From contig JABXKD010000001.1 in the NCBI GenBank assembly GCA_013375475.1, positions 1-64,000 on the forward strand: 64,000 nt of DNA, written 5' to 3'. The notes under the pieces are model-generated. The model did not search any database and had not been told where the DNA came from. It saw only the letters and a program-made list of their open reading frames with translations. The translations under genes were made by a program, and so were the position numbers. Positions within the stretch are counted from its first letter, which is position 1. The number at the start of each line of letters is the position of its first letter. Shown here one piece after another: positions 28,155 to 39,361 of the stretch. The stretch is from Promethearchaeota archaeon (lineage in GTDB: Archaea > Asgardarchaeota > Lokiarchaeia > Sigyniarchaeales > SOKP01).

Positions 28155-29189
28155 TTACCAGCGCCAGTAAATGTCTTCAGCGTGTCCTAACATATTTTCA
28201 ATCTTGAGTCTTTCTCCATTATCCAGAACTACTTCTCCAGAGTATAATCCATGAAGCAAGGAAGAATTTAAATAGATCAATCCAAAATTGAGTTTTTCTC
28301 TATGAGGGATGATTGGATCTAAAGTCATATTAAATCGATCATCGTTGCTCGTGAACTTCCAAGGTTTAGTAGGATCTCGATCTTCGTGATGGAATTCTAC
28401 TTCATCAATTTTATGTGCTTTACCATCGTAAAAAATGATGTTTTCGGTGTGAGTAGATAAATCTCCGAAACCGTATCCAATATTGAAAGCGACAGGAACA
28501 CCATCAACGAGCCCACAACCAGAACCCCATAACCAATGAGTCCTATACGGCCATATTCCACGCCCCCAATCCATGAGTCCAAACGAAGTTTCAGGTTTGA
28601 ATGAATATGATTTATCTCCAATTGTAAGAGATCCTTCTGCTGCCATATAATTAATCTTATGATTATAATAGAATAATCTTGGGTCTTCTTTATAACCAGT
28701 CACAACAACGGTATTATCAGCTTTGGAATCATCTTGTAGAACAATTTTTCCCTTTATACCTTTTTCTTGAAAAGAAGGATCGTCAATAGTCAGTACTCTT
28801 GTATTCTTTTCTCTTGAAATTGTAGCTTTGAATTTTTTAGTAGGAAATTCAATTTCACTTTCTTCCAATGAATTTAGGGGGAGGAGCTTTGATTTTGTAA
28901 GAAATTTCATTAAACTATTGCCATCTCTTTTTTTTTCTTTAAAGTCTAACCATACATAACTCATTTGAGTTAAATATCCAATATCGCCCAATGTTAACTG
29001 AAACCCAAAGTCTTTATTCAAAACTGAAAAGTGATCCCATTCCTTAATACGGGACCAGCCTTTTCCAATTTTATCCTTATTGTATTTCAGTACCGGCTTT
29101 CTTGCCCATCCCCGTTGAACAAGGGAGCCATCATCGTTGAACAGATTAGACGATTCTGTTATCTCATTCTGATTATCCATAACATTCAC
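28155..29189 (-). CDS. DUF2804 family protein
   Basis: GWARKP, RIKEWD, FYYNHKIN, DWGRGIWPY.T.W.W, GYGFGD...TEN, HAE....RW. Confidence 0.8.
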   Translation of the reverse strand: MNVMDNQNEITESSNLFNDDGSLVQRGWARKPVLKYNKDKIGKGWSRIKEWDHFSVLNKDFGFQLTLGDIGYLTQMSYVWLDFKEKKRDGNSLMKFLTKSKLLPLNSLEESEIEFPTKKFKATISREKNTRVLTIDDPSFQEKGIKGKIVLQDDSKADNTVVVTGYKEDPRLFYYNHKINYMAAEGSLTIGDKSYSFKPETSFGLMDWGRGIWPYRTHWLWGSGCGLVDGVPVAFNIGYGFGDLSTHTENIIFYDGKAHKIDEVEFHHEDRDPTKPWKFTSNDDRFNMTLDPIIPHREKLNFGLIYLNSSLLHGLYSGEVVLDNGERLKIENMLGHAEDIYWRW

Positions 29190-29313
29190 CTTAATTTTGT
29201 TTTAGAATATGTATAATTCGAGTTTAGATATATTAAAGTTTATGATTTGTTACTGCCTACAGAGGCTTAATTTAATTAAAAAATAAGAATTTTAATTTTG
29301 GCAGAGAAAAAAT

Positions 29314-30711
29314 TTAGGCAATTTTTTGACAAATATTGTCTATTTTTTGAACCGTCTCGTCGATTATCTCGTCAGAATGGAGAATACACATGTAAAATCG
29401 ACTTCCTGCGACAGAAATTATTTCCTGATCTACTAAAGCTGCTCCCATGTGTTCCATAAACTTTTTCCTTAATGGAAGTTGTCCTACTTGATCGGGGATG
29501 TCAAAACTCAATCCAAATAGGCACGATGTATGAAAATGAACTGTACCGCCTAAATTGTATGAAAACCATGGTAGTTCGTGTTTTTCGAACACTTTATTTA
29601 AACCATTCGCTAAGCGAGCTCCTGCTTTACCAGCTTTTTCTGTTGCGCCAGTTTCTTCAACTAATTTAATAGCATGATATGCAGCAGCACAAGTTAAAGG
29701 ATTTGCTGCTAAAGTTCCACCACTATAAGCTCTTTTACCACCACCAACTCCTGCTGCACAAAATTTCATATATTCTTCTTTACCCCCAATAGCTGCAGCG
29801 GAGGGATACCCATGTCCAACAATTTTACCAAATACGGATAAATCCGGCTCATAACCATAATAAGCTTGACCACCACCCATATGCAATCTAAAAGCACACA
29901 CAACTTCATCGGAAATCAAAAGAGTTTTATTTTCATGGCAAAGTTCTTCCACTTCTTTATTAAATCCTGGTCTAACTGGATTTGCTCCAGATTCACCTCC
30001 CATAGGCTCAATTATGACGGCAGCAACTTTTCGTTTGTCCTTAAACATTTGTCGTAATGTTTCGATATCGTTTGGAGGACAAGAATCGGTAAATTTAAAT
30101 ATGTTCTTAGGAATTCCATGTGACTCTAACAGCTTTGTTCCGGGTACGTGCATATCGTAAACTAATTGATCTGACCACCCATGGTAACTACCCCCTATTT
30201 TAATTATCCACTTACGATTAGTAGCAACTCTAGCTATTCTTATAGCAAGCATATCTGCTTCTGTACCTGTTTGAAGCCACCTTATAATTTCACAAGAAGG
30301 GAAATGTTTTTGTAGTTGTTCTGCCGCAAGATATTCGTATTCATGAGTTATCCCATGACAAGGTCCAATCTCCCGGATAACTTCAATAATCTTTTCTGTC
30401 AAAACGGGATGATTATGTCCAAGAATGATAGGTCCTCCGTCCATTAGATAATCCGTTAAGATAACATCGTCGATAGTTTCCATGTAGCAATCAAAAACTC
30501 GTTTACTTTCTAAGGGAAAAGGATAATTAAAAGCGAGGTTATGTTCAACTCCTCCCGGTATGATCTTCCTCGCTCTTTCAAAAGCCTTCTTAGATTTAGC
30601 GTGGTTCTTTTCGTATCTTTCAAGGATTCCATTCAATTCTTCAGATTTGAACTTGCTAATAGGCAAATTCACAATATTTTTAATTTTAGCTAATTTTTCC
30701 TCATAATCCAT
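29314..30711 (-). CDS. class III PLP aminotransferase (GSA aminomutase-like)
   Basis: IPGGV, GPIILGH, TGTEA, YHGWSD, LISDEV..AFR, FGKIVGHG, GGTLAANP. Confidence 0.88.
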   Translation of the reverse strand: MDYEEKLAKIKNIVNLPISKFKSEELNGILERYEKNHAKSKKAFERARKIIPGGVEHNLAFNYPFPLESKRVFDCYMETIDDVILTDYLMDGGPIILGHNHPVLTEKIIEVIREIGPCHGITHEYEYLAAEQLQKHFPSCEIIRWLQTGTEADMLAIRIARVATNRKWIIKIGGSYHGWSDQLVYDMHVPGTKLLESHGIPKNIFKFTDSCPPNDIETLRQMFKDKRKVAAVIIEPMGGESGANPVRPGFNKEVEELCHENKTLLISDEVVCAFRLHMGGGQAYYGYEPDLSVFGKIVGHGYPSAAAIGGKEEYMKFCAAGVGGGKRAYSGGTLAANPLTCAAAYHAIKLVEETGATEKAGKAGARLANGLNKVFEKHELPWFSYNLGGTVHFHTSCLFGLSFDIPDQVGQLPLRKKFMEHMGAALVDQEIISVAGSRFYMCILHSDEIIDETVQKIDNICQKIA

Positions 30712-31070
30712 TAAACATCATCAACTAATACCATAATTTCCTTAATTAGAATATAAGAAGCAACACTAATTAACTTAATTAGATAAGCTTTCGATTGAAA
30801 ATTAAATTTGCCTTTTGTTGTCTTTAACTTATAATCTAAATAAGAAAACTGATATTAGTATGGAACCTACTTTCTTAATTGTTTTTGAGTTTGAGATTAC
30901 CTCTACACCTCTGCAATAAATCTGAAGAATAGATACCTTAACCCTTATCTGAGCAAAGAAATGATAATACTTAAAATATTTATATTTATGGGTTTTTTAC
31001 AGTTTTATCAACCGGCTGCAATCCATTGTTGAAATAATCTTTATTTACCTTAACAACATTTATATTAAAT

Positions 31071-32696
31071 ATGTCAGACTCAGAAAAAAAATACATTCTT
31101 GCGATAGATCATGGCACGGGAGGACCTAAGACCGCTATAGTCTCAACCCATGGTGAAGTTATTGATTGGGCATTTCAAGAAGTTCCTTTACATGTAGAAA
31201 AGGGAGGGGGGGTTGAACAAGACCCAAATGATTGGTGGAATGCCATTCTGAAAACATCAAAAAAGGTTATAGATAATGGGCTCGTCTCAGTTAGAGATAT
31301 TGTGGGGGTTTCTAATACGAGTCAGTGGAGCGGCACAGTACCTTTAGATAAGAATGGAAATCATTTAATGAATTCGATAATTTGGATGGATACGCGAGGA
31401 GCTCCATATATCAAAGATGTTTATAAAGGTTTAATAAAATTCTCTGGAATGAATATACTCAAAGCGTTAAAATGGGTAAAAAGAACCGGTGCAGCTCCTG
31501 GTTTAAGCGGTAAAGATCCAATAGCACATATGTTATTAATAAAGCACGAATATCCTGAAATTTTTGAAAAAACTTACATGTTTTTGGAACCACAAGACTA
31601 TATAAATCTTAAATTATCTGGTAAGTTTGCTTCTTCTTACACAACTATAGGAGCACATTGGTTAACAGATATAAGAAAGATCAATAACATAAAATATTCT
31701 AAAAAGCTAATTAAAATGTGCAAATTAGATCAGAATAAATTACCCTCTGAATTAGTAAATTCTACTGACATTCTTGGGCAAATAACAAACGAAGTTGCTA
31801 ACGAATTAGGATTGGAAAAGAATGTTAAAGTTATAGCAGGAGCTCCTGATCTTGCAACCGCTGCAATTGGATCGGGTGCCGTTAAAAACTACGATACACA
31901 TATTTATATTGGCACGAGTGACTGGGTAATTTGCCACGTACCCTTTAAAAAGACAGATATTTTCCATGGTATTGGAACAATTTTATCTGGAATCCCTGGT
32001 AGATATTTTGCAATTAATGAACAAGAAATTGCTGGAGGAGCATTATCATTTCTAAGGGATAAAATTCTATATCATAAAGATGAATTGTTAAGAGAAGAAG
32101 CTGTGCCAGATGTCTATAAAATTTTCGATAGGATGGTAGAAAATGTGCCTGCTGGTTCAAACAATCTTATTTTTACCCCTTGGCTTATTGGAGAAAGATC
32201 ACCTGTAGATGATCACACGGTTAGAGGTGGATTTTATAACCTCTCTTTAGAAATGTCAAGAGAGCATTTGATTAGAGCTATATTTGAAGGTGTCGCTTAT
32301 AATATAAATTGGGTATTTATTTATCTTGAGAAACTTATCCAAAAAACGAAAATGAAAGAGACTCCAGGAATGACAAAAAAAGACATTATAATACCAGATG
32401 TAAGCATGATTGGTGGCGGGGCTACTAGTAATATCTGGTGTCAAATATTTGCGGATGTTCTCAACAGAACTGTCAAGCAAGTAAAAGATCCTATTCAAGC
32501 AAACGCTCGTGGAGCTGCTTTTATTGCTTCAGTAGGTCTAGGCTACCTTACATGGGATCAAATCCCTGAATTAATCCAATACTCAAATATTTTCAAACCT
32601 AATCCAGAAAATAGAGCGATTTACGATAAGCTCTTTAGTGAATTCACAAACATTTACAAAATTATGAAAAAAACATATAAACGATTAAACGAATAA
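31071..32696 (+). CDS. FGGY-family carbohydrate kinase (xylulokinase-like)
   Basis: IDHGTGGPK, EQDP..WW, IIWMDTR, GERSP, RAIFEGVA, IGGGA. Confidence 0.9.
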   Translation: MSDSEKKYILAIDHGTGGPKTAIVSTHGEVIDWAFQEVPLHVEKGGGVEQDPNDWWNAILKTSKKVIDNGLVSVRDIVGVSNTSQWSGTVPLDKNGNHLMNSIIWMDTRGAPYIKDVYKGLIKFSGMNILKALKWVKRTGAAPGLSGKDPIAHMLLIKHEYPEIFEKTYMFLEPQDYINLKLSGKFASSYTTIGAHWLTDIRKINNIKYSKKLIKMCKLDQNKLPSELVNSTDILGQITNEVANELGLEKNVKVIAGAPDLATAAIGSGAVKNYDTHIYIGTSDWVICHVPFKKTDIFHGIGTILSGIPGRYFAINEQEIAGGALSFLRDKILYHKDELLREEAVPDVYKIFDRMVENVPAGSNNLIFTPWLIGERSPVDDHTVRGGFYNLSLEMSREHLIRAIFEGVAYNINWVFIYLEKLIQKTKMKETPGMTKKDIIIPDVSMIGGGATSNIWCQIFADVLNRTVKQVKDPIQANARGAAFIASVGLGYLTWDQIPELIQYSNIFKPNPENRAIYDKLFSEFTNIYKIMKKTYKRLNE

Positions 32697-32718
32697 AAAT
32701 AAAAAAAATTTAAAAAAA

Positions 32719-34578
32719 TTAACCTTTTATTTCCTTTCCCTTTTCCAATTTTGCTATGTCTTTTTCTTGAAGATCTCTTCTTTGTACTTTTCCAGTCATA
32801 CTTACGGGAAGACTCCGGACAACTTCAATTAATCTTGGGCTTTTCCATTTTGCCATGTTTTCTAAGCACCACTTCTTTATGTCTTCAATCTCCACATTTT
32901 TACCGACTTTATATCCTTTTTTAAGCGTAATCCATGCCTTAACTTTCTCTCCAGTAGATTCGTCTGGTAGTCCAGCAACAGCAACTTCGTCAATTATAGG
33001 ATGATGTCCCATTAAATCTTCTACTTCTTTTGGAAAAACGGAATGTCCTGAAACTTTAATTAAAGATTTCTTTCTATCTCTTATTTCACAGAAACCGTGT
33101 TCGTCCATGAATCCAATATCTCCAGATAGTAGCCATCTCTTACCGTTCCACATTTTTAAGTTATCTTCTTGCTCTTTTTGTACTCCAAGGTAACCAAGCA
33201 TAATATGCGGACCTGCGATACAAATTTCACCAGTATGTTCTACTCCAAAATTATTTCTTTCAGGCGTACCATCGCAAATCGGTCCAGCTTCGAAATTATT
33301 TGAATCAAATATGGCCCAATCTACTCCTGGAACAGGTAAACCTAGTTTTCCTGTTTTGTTAGGTCCCCAAAAGGGTGCTATGCTAGTTACTGGCGAGGTT
33401 TCTGTTAATCCATAACCAACTCGTATTGGACAGAAGATCTCTTCAAACGGAACGCGTATATGATCGTGAAGTGGTCCAGCACCTTGTGAAGCATATTTCA
33501 ATTTCTCTGTAAAGCTGTATTTTTTCTTATATTCTTCAACTCCTACTTCATGAACGTAATCTGTTAATCTCTTGAATAGCATTTCTACTCCTACATACAT
33601 AATTCCTTGAGGGGCATCAAATTTATTAATTGTTTCTGATAAAACATCGTCTGGAGGCGGTTTGGGAAAGAGTAACATTTGCATTCCTAAGGACAAAGCT
33701 CCATTCATAACACAAGTTAACCCAAAACTATGGAAAAATGGAAGACTTCCAATTGTGATCATTCCCGGTTGTAGGTTGACCCAAGGTTTAATCATGTGTA
33801 AATTTGAAATAAGGTTCGCGTGACTGAGCATTGCTACTTTAGGAAGACCTGTTGTGCCTCCTGTCATCAAATAAACTGCGGGATCTTTCCAAGCATCTAT
33901 TTCAACTGAAATATCTTTTGGTTCAGTAGTTTCTATTATATCATTCATCCAATATATTTTATAATCTTCTGTTTCTTTCGGAATCTTGTCCTTTGCATTT
34001 GGTACTCCAAGTTTTTGGATTGTTTCATCATCAGCTGTGAAAAAATCAACAAAGTTGGAAGGAATAAGGTATTTTACGTCAGTTTTTGGTAGAATAGTAG
34101 CAGGCCCTGCTATGTAAAGCATATCCATTAAAACTAATACCTTCGCTTTTGTCATAGTTAGCGAGTGCAGTAATTCCATTGGTTTGTAAGTAGGATTAAT
34201 GCCTTGAGCGATTGCTCCTATATACATACAACCCATATAAGCTACAACAAAGTTTATTGAATTAGGGAGATCGATTGCTACTACATCTCCTTTTCTAATA
34301 CCTAATTTGTCGTATAGAAAGGTACCAAATTTTTTACCATATTCAAATAGAGTTCTTAGTTTTACTCGTTCCATGTATGGGCCATATACGAATACGCAAA
34401 TATCGTTATCCCAGATTCCAGAATCGTCAGCGGATTTTATAAAACCTTCCCACATAGGGAGCATTTCAATACCTTCAACATCTTTAAGTTGATGAGGAAC
34501 GCCTTCAGGCCAATATCCTCCAGTAAACCACACTTTGTTCTCATCAACCAAAAACTCTGGATCATTTAAACTCGTCAT
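32719..34578 (-). CDS. long-chain fatty-acid--CoA ligase (AMP-binding)
   Basis: MTGGTTGLPK, GYGLTETSP, SGDIG, DRKK..IKVSG, TGKVQRR. Confidence 0.92.
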   Translation of the reverse strand: MTSLNDPEFLVDENKVWFTGGYWPEGVPHQLKDVEGIEMLPMWEGFIKSADDSGIWDNDICVFVYGPYMERVKLRTLFEYGKKFGTFLYDKLGIRKGDVVAIDLPNSINFVVAYMGCMYIGAIAQGINPTYKPMELLHSLTMTKAKVLVLMDMLYIAGPATILPKTDVKYLIPSNFVDFFTADDETIQKLGVPNAKDKIPKETEDYKIYWMNDIIETTEPKDISVEIDAWKDPAVYLMTGGTTGLPKVAMLSHANLISNLHMIKPWVNLQPGMITIGSLPFFHSFGLTCVMNGALSLGMQMLLFPKPPPDDVLSETINKFDAPQGIMYVGVEMLFKRLTDYVHEVGVEEYKKKYSFTEKLKYASQGAGPLHDHIRVPFEEIFCPIRVGYGLTETSPVTSIAPFWGPNKTGKLGLPVPGVDWAIFDSNNFEAGPICDGTPERNNFGVEHTGEICIAGPHIMLGYLGVQKEQEDNLKMWNGKRWLLSGDIGFMDEHGFCEIRDRKKSLIKVSGHSVFPKEVEDLMGHHPIIDEVAVAGLPDESTGEKVKAWITLKKGYKVGKNVEIEDIKKWCLENMAKWKSPRLIEVVRSLPVSMTGKVQRRDLQEKDIAKLEKGKEIKG

Positions 34579-34729
34579 TTTTTATCCTCTAATTTTTTTA
34601 AATAAATATTTTTAAAATTATATTAGGAAAACTTTCGATTAATTATAATATTTTTGATATACTATAGTATAATAATTTAACTTGATTTCAATTAAGAACA
34701 ACTTTAGTATCTTACTTATTTGATAATTT

Positions 34730-35587
34730 ATGGGGTTTAAAGATAAGCTTAAGAACGCGTTGGTAGGAATCCTAACCAATGAAGAATTATCAGCTCTTCC
34801 GAGAGGATTTCAAACCATTGGTGATGTAGCAATAATAAAACTAAATTCTATTTTGCTTGAAAAAAAAAATCTAATTGCTGAGAAATACTTAGAACTATTA
34901 CCAAGTATAAATTCCGTTTATTTGAACTCAGGAAGAGTAAAAGGACAGTTTAGAACTCCAGAAAAGATAGAATATTTAGTTGGTGTAGAAAATTCCGTTG
35001 TTAAACATAAAGAGCATGGAGTACTCTATAAATTTGATTTTACAAAAATAATGTTTAGTATGGGAAATCTCAGCGAGAGGAAATTTTTGGCAACTTTAGT
35101 AAAAGACGGTGAAACGATTGTTGATATGTTTGCTGGTATTGGTTATTTCTCTTTACCTATAGCTAAACACTCAAAACCTAAAAGGATTTATAGTATAGAG
35201 CTGAATCCAGAGTCTTTTAAGTATTTAACTGAGAATATCAAACTCAATCATTTTGAGGATATTATTATGCCAATTAATGGCGACAGTAAGGAAGAAGTAA
35301 TAGAGCTAAGCCAATCAGGAGTTAAAGCTGATCGCGTTATTATGGGTGTATTTCCTGCCCCAAAGGATTTCATAAGAGAAGCGTTAACCTTAACAAAAGT
35401 TGAAGGTACGGTTTATCATTATGAGGGGATTGTTGATAAGGAAAAGTACTTAGCTTTATTTGATGAGTTTAAAGAAATCGCGGAAACAAGCGATTTCAAA
35501 TGCGATCTTTTAGGTAAAAGATTTGTAAAAAGTTACGGACCTAGGTTATACCACGCTGTTTTTGATATAAAAGTATATAAAAAATGA
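34730..35587 (+). CDS. taw2: Met-10+/Trm5-Taw2 family SAM-dependent tRNA modification enzyme (Taw2/TYW2-like)
   Basis: FQTIGD, MFSMGNLSER, VDMFAGIGYF, ELNP, ADRVIMG, VKSYGP. Confidence 0.75.
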   Translation: MGFKDKLKNALVGILTNEELSALPRGFQTIGDVAIIKLNSILLEKKNLIAEKYLELLPSINSVYLNSGRVKGQFRTPEKIEYLVGVENSVVKHKEHGVLYKFDFTKIMFSMGNLSERKFLATLVKDGETIVDMFAGIGYFSLPIAKHSKPKRIYSIELNPESFKYLTENIKLNHFEDIIMPINGDSKEEVIELSQSGVKADRVIMGVFPAPKDFIREALTLTKVEGTVYHYEGIVDKEKYLALFDEFKEIAETSDFKCDLLGKRFVKSYGPRLYHAVFDIKVYKK

Positions 35588-35700
35588 TTTTAAAAATCAT
35601 AACCAATTTTTGATAAAAATAAATTTAAATTACTTTAATTGTGTTAAGTAAGTAATTACAATATCAATTAGAAAACTAACTGAATTTAAAGGTAGAGAAT

Positions 35701-36480
35701 ATGTATTTTCAAGTTTTAAGTGAATTAGCAAAAATTTCAGGTTTGACCGCCTTAATTGCTGTATCAATAACTTATCTTTTAGGTTTAATTGTTCTGATAA
35801 AGTATATTAAAACTAGGCAGTTTTTAATACTTAACTTCTTTTTATGCATCATTTTTACAGCATCTCCTTGGTATCCAAGTGGATTTGGATATTTGATCTG
35901 GATTATCACGGGAGAATTTCTAATTTATCAGGTATATGTTCTTATTGGCACTGTAGCCGTACCCATTGCTATTATAGCTTGGTTAAATGTATATATGTCT
36001 ACATTAAATCCAAAAAAAAAGAAGCTAGTCCTAATCATATACGGAATATTATCGATTTTTTTTGAATTGTATTTATTTTATTTCCTCATATTAGCTCCTG
36101 GAGCACCAGTTGATTCGTTATTAGGAGTTATTAACGATCCAACTAATCCGATGGACATAGATTATAAGGGTTTCGTATTGATCTTCTTAGGTTTGAGTAT
36201 TTTGACTGCTTGCATAACAGGATTTCATTTTGCTGCAAAATCTCTGAATAAAGATGAACTTCCTGAAATAAGATGGAAAGGAAGGTTTCTTCTGATTGCT
36301 TTTTTATTTTTTGGAATCTCTGCTATATTTGACGCTATAGTTGAAATGACTCCGTTTTTATTAGTTTTAATGAGAGGTATCTTAGTGGTAGCGAATTTCT
36401 TCTTCTATCTCGGATTTATTCTTCCAAAATGGAGTAAAAAACTCCTTAAAATTAAAGAAGAATCACAGCTGACGACTTAA
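35701..36480 (+). CDS. 7-TM membrane protein (Lokiarchaeal type)
   Basis: seven hydrophobic segments; SPW, EIRWKGRFLL, FYLGFILPKW. Confidence 0.7.
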   Translation: MYFQVLSELAKISGLTALIAVSITYLLGLIVLIKYIKTRQFLILNFFLCIIFTASPWYPSGFGYLIWIITGEFLIYQVYVLIGTVAVPIAIIAWLNVYMSTLNPKKKKLVLIIYGILSIFFELYLFYFLILAPGAPVDSLLGVINDPTNPMDIDYKGFVLIFLGLSILTACITGFHFAAKSLNKDELPEIRWKGRFLLIAFLFFGISAIFDAIVEMTPFLLVLMRGILVVANFFFYLGFILPKWSKKLLKIKEESQLTT

Positions 36481-36485
36481 AATTA

Positions 36486-37943
36486 TTACTGGGATTCCTC
36501 TGGTTGTATTTTTTTTAATGAAGATGCTCTATTTTTCATAGCCTCATTTATTTCTAGATAATCTTTTTTAGCTGTGAAGAAAAGGGGAATCCATAAACAA
36601 GTAGAGAATATCCCAAATATTAGAAATGACCAAAAAATTGTTGCAGAAAAGCTACCAGTTAATGTTACCACGAAGCCACCTATAACTGCGCCTAAGGCTC
36701 GTCCGATGGAATCAATAAAAGCCCCAATTGCAACCATAGTTCCTCGATTCTCTGGGAAATTGACATCAATTAGAGAAGAATAATAGTTAGGACCAATTCC
36801 CATTGTGAAAGCAAGTCCTACGCCTAAAAAGGCACAATAGATTAACCATAAAATCCAAAATCCTATATCGTTGACAAGTAGATTCCCAAAGAAAAATGTT
36901 GAGTTTGCTACATTAGGGGTCATAGCAAATCCAAATAAAAAGAAGGGTAAATTCAAAATCGAACAAACAACTGCTACTTTCAATCTACCAGAAAGATCTC
37001 CTCGTTTGACTTTTCTATCTCCTAAATGTGCGAGCCAAAATTGTCCAACTATTAATCCCAGAACAATTATGAAGAGAAATAGAATAATAACCTTGAAATC
37101 AATAACGCTAACACCAATTTCAAGCTGGATATAGGGGAAAATATAAGCTAAAACCAACCCTGAAGCGATAACATCAAAAAAATTAAATATTAAAAAGAAG
37201 TTTGATTTCCTTTTGAAAATGAATTTTAAATCTGATAATTTGATCTTGTAAGAATATTGTATTTTCTCATCTGAAAAAACTTCCTCTAATTGTTTTTCTT
37301 TTGCTGCTCTTTTTGGCTCTACGATAACGAAATAATTAATGATAGTAAAAACAAGAGCAACGACACCTAGGTAAAAATACGGTAAACGCCAAGTATAGAG
37401 TATATCGGGATAAGTTAGAGCAATAAAGTCGATTTTATCACTGATATCTTCAATAGCTATAGCTTCAAAATCAATTATGTTAAACGCCAGTGCTAATATT
37501 CCTGCTACTAAGGAACCAATGTTGGTGAGCAATCCCCAAAATGCGAAAGATTTAGAGCGTGAATCAGAGGATATTATGTCCGCGAAATATGAAATTACAA
37601 GTGGAGTAGTTACGCTTACGGCAATTGCTGCTACGATCCTGACAAGAACAAGTTGCCAGAACTCTTCTACAAATATATGCAATACAGCCGTTAACGACCA
37701 TAATACACCAGCAAGGATTAAAATCTTTTTTCTCTCTATCCTATCGGCTAAATATCCGAATATTAAAATAGAGATACCATTAACAATCGTATAAGTACTT
37801 ATAATAATACCTAGAGCGTCAAAATATATTCCCAAATCAGCTGCAATTAGTACTTCGTTAGGGAGGAACAAAGCACTGTCCATTGCGATGATTAAAATCA
37901 ACGACAAAAAGAAAAATAACGAAATTAGCTCCTTCTTCTTCAT
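36486..37943 (-). CDS. MFS transporter
   Basis: FGYLADRIERKK motif A; DVNFPENRG; about 12 TM helices. Confidence 0.9.
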   Translation of the reverse strand: MKKKELISLFFFLSLILIIAMDSALFLPNEVLIAADLGIYFDALGIIISTYTIVNGISILIFGYLADRIERKKILILAGVLWSLTAVLHIFVEEFWQLVLVRIVAAIAVSVTTPLVISYFADIISSDSRSKSFAFWGLLTNIGSLVAGILALAFNIIDFEAIAIEDISDKIDFIALTYPDILYTWRLPYFYLGVVALVFTIINYFVIVEPKRAAKEKQLEEVFSDEKIQYSYKIKLSDLKFIFKRKSNFFLIFNFFDVIASGLVLAYIFPYIQLEIGVSVIDFKVIILFLFIIVLGLIVGQFWLAHLGDRKVKRGDLSGRLKVAVVCSILNLPFFLFGFAMTPNVANSTFFFGNLLVNDIGFWILWLIYCAFLGVGLAFTMGIGPNYYSSLIDVNFPENRGTMVAIGAFIDSIGRALGAVIGGFVVTLTGSFSATIFWSFLIFGIFSTCLWIPLFFTAKKDYLEINEAMKNRASSLKKIQPEESQ

Positions 37944-38111
37944 ATTTAATATCCCTTATAATAATTTGTAAAATTAATTTTATTTCGTTGTAATCTTATA
38001 ATAAGTTTGCTTTTTTTCGGAGAGATACTTTTAAATGTATAAGGAACAAAAATAGTAAATGCAAAATATATTTTAATAAATATATATGACAAATTAAGGT
38101 TTTGACGAAAA

Positions 38112-39200
38112 ATGTCCGAGGAAAAAGTGGAAGTAGAGTCTGAAGGGAAGAAAAGACTACACGTACGTTACGAGTGGTTAGATCAATTTCGAGGATTAAT
38201 AATAATTTTCCTCATCATATCGGTGATTACATGGCCGTTATCTGGGGAATTTCCGACTACAATCGCTCCAATAGGGCCTCCTCTTTTAAACCATGGCTTT
38301 CAATATTACGATGGAAATCCCGCACTAATCACTATAATTGATATAGGTCAACAAATATTTATGTTCATTTTAGGATTTGTTGCGTATATAGCTTTTACTA
38401 GTAGGAAAGAAAAAAAAGGTGTGGGAGCTGCGTGGAAGCATGGTTTGATACGTGTGGCCATATTATATGGCTTAGCCTTCTTAGATGATGGATTAATCGG
38501 GGGTTTACTGTTTGGTGATGGTATTCCATGGGATGAAGTGTTATGGTATGGAACTTTAGCTAATTTAGCAATAGGTACTTTTGCAGCGTATTTGTTTACA
38601 TATCTAATTTCTAAAAGTGCGGATACAAGATTGTACATATGCATTGTAATAATGGTAGTTCACGCAATTTTATATGCAATTCCTATATTCGACCATAAAG
38701 GATTTGGCGGTGGCACTATTCCTTTTCCTTTTAATTCCCTGAATCATGCTGCAATTGCTATAGCTGGGACTTGTTTCTCTCAATGGTATAAAATGGATTC
38801 GAATGACCCTAACGTTGGTTTTAAAAAGAGAATATTACCGGTAGCGACAATTTTTATAATTGTATTTTATTGTTTAGATTGGATACAACCTGCAGAACAC
38901 CACGATGCCACAACATCCCTTGCGTTCCTCGCAATTGCGGCTTCTGGTTTTTTAATAGCAGTTTTCTACGGTTTCGAGAAAATGAAATTTAAAGTTCCAG
39001 TCCTTTCAGAAATGGGTAAAAATATGCTCATATTGTTTATATTGGCTTTTGTATTTGATGTTGCTATAGGCCTTTTTGAAACAGAGATTCGTATGGCAAA
39101 TCCAATAATAGTAATGCTCTTAGTAGGAGTATTACCAATCGTAATTGAAGCAGGAATCGCATTATTGTTAGCTAGGTGGGATATAAAGATTAAAATCTAA
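38112..39200 (+). CDS. HGSNAT/DUF1624-like membrane acyltransferase family protein
   Basis: RYEWLDQFRGL, H...ITIID...FMF..G, GTL, MGKN; multiple TM helices. Confidence 0.65.
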   Translation: MSEEKVEVESEGKKRLHVRYEWLDQFRGLIIIFLIISVITWPLSGEFPTTIAPIGPPLLNHGFQYYDGNPALITIIDIGQQIFMFILGFVAYIAFTSRKEKKGVGAAWKHGLIRVAILYGLAFLDDGLIGGLLFGDGIPWDEVLWYGTLANLAIGTFAAYLFTYLISKSADTRLYICIVIMVVHAILYAIPIFDHKGFGGGTIPFPFNSLNHAAIAIAGTCFSQWYKMDSNDPNVGFKKRILPVATIFIIVFYCLDWIQPAEHHDATTSLAFLAIAASGFLIAVFYGFEKMKFKVPVLSEMGKNMLILFILAFVFDVAIGLFETEIRMANPIIVMLLVGVLPIVIEAGIALLLARWDIKIKI

Positions 39201-39361
39201 TTTTTTTTACTAAATTTTTACTTTTTTTTTTTGTAAAATGACTATATCACATAATCTTATTATAATATAAATTGAGTGGAGATGTAAAAATTATACTGTA
39301 AATATATAAAAGTAGAAAATATTATATTTTTGAATACAATTACAATTAGGATGAATTACTT

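Noticed and set aside
29314-30711. Calling the class III aminotransferase hemL
   Set aside because: No tetrapyrrole genes are nearby, it has a long N-terminal extension, and it is paired with an FGGY kinase; the substrate is uncertain.
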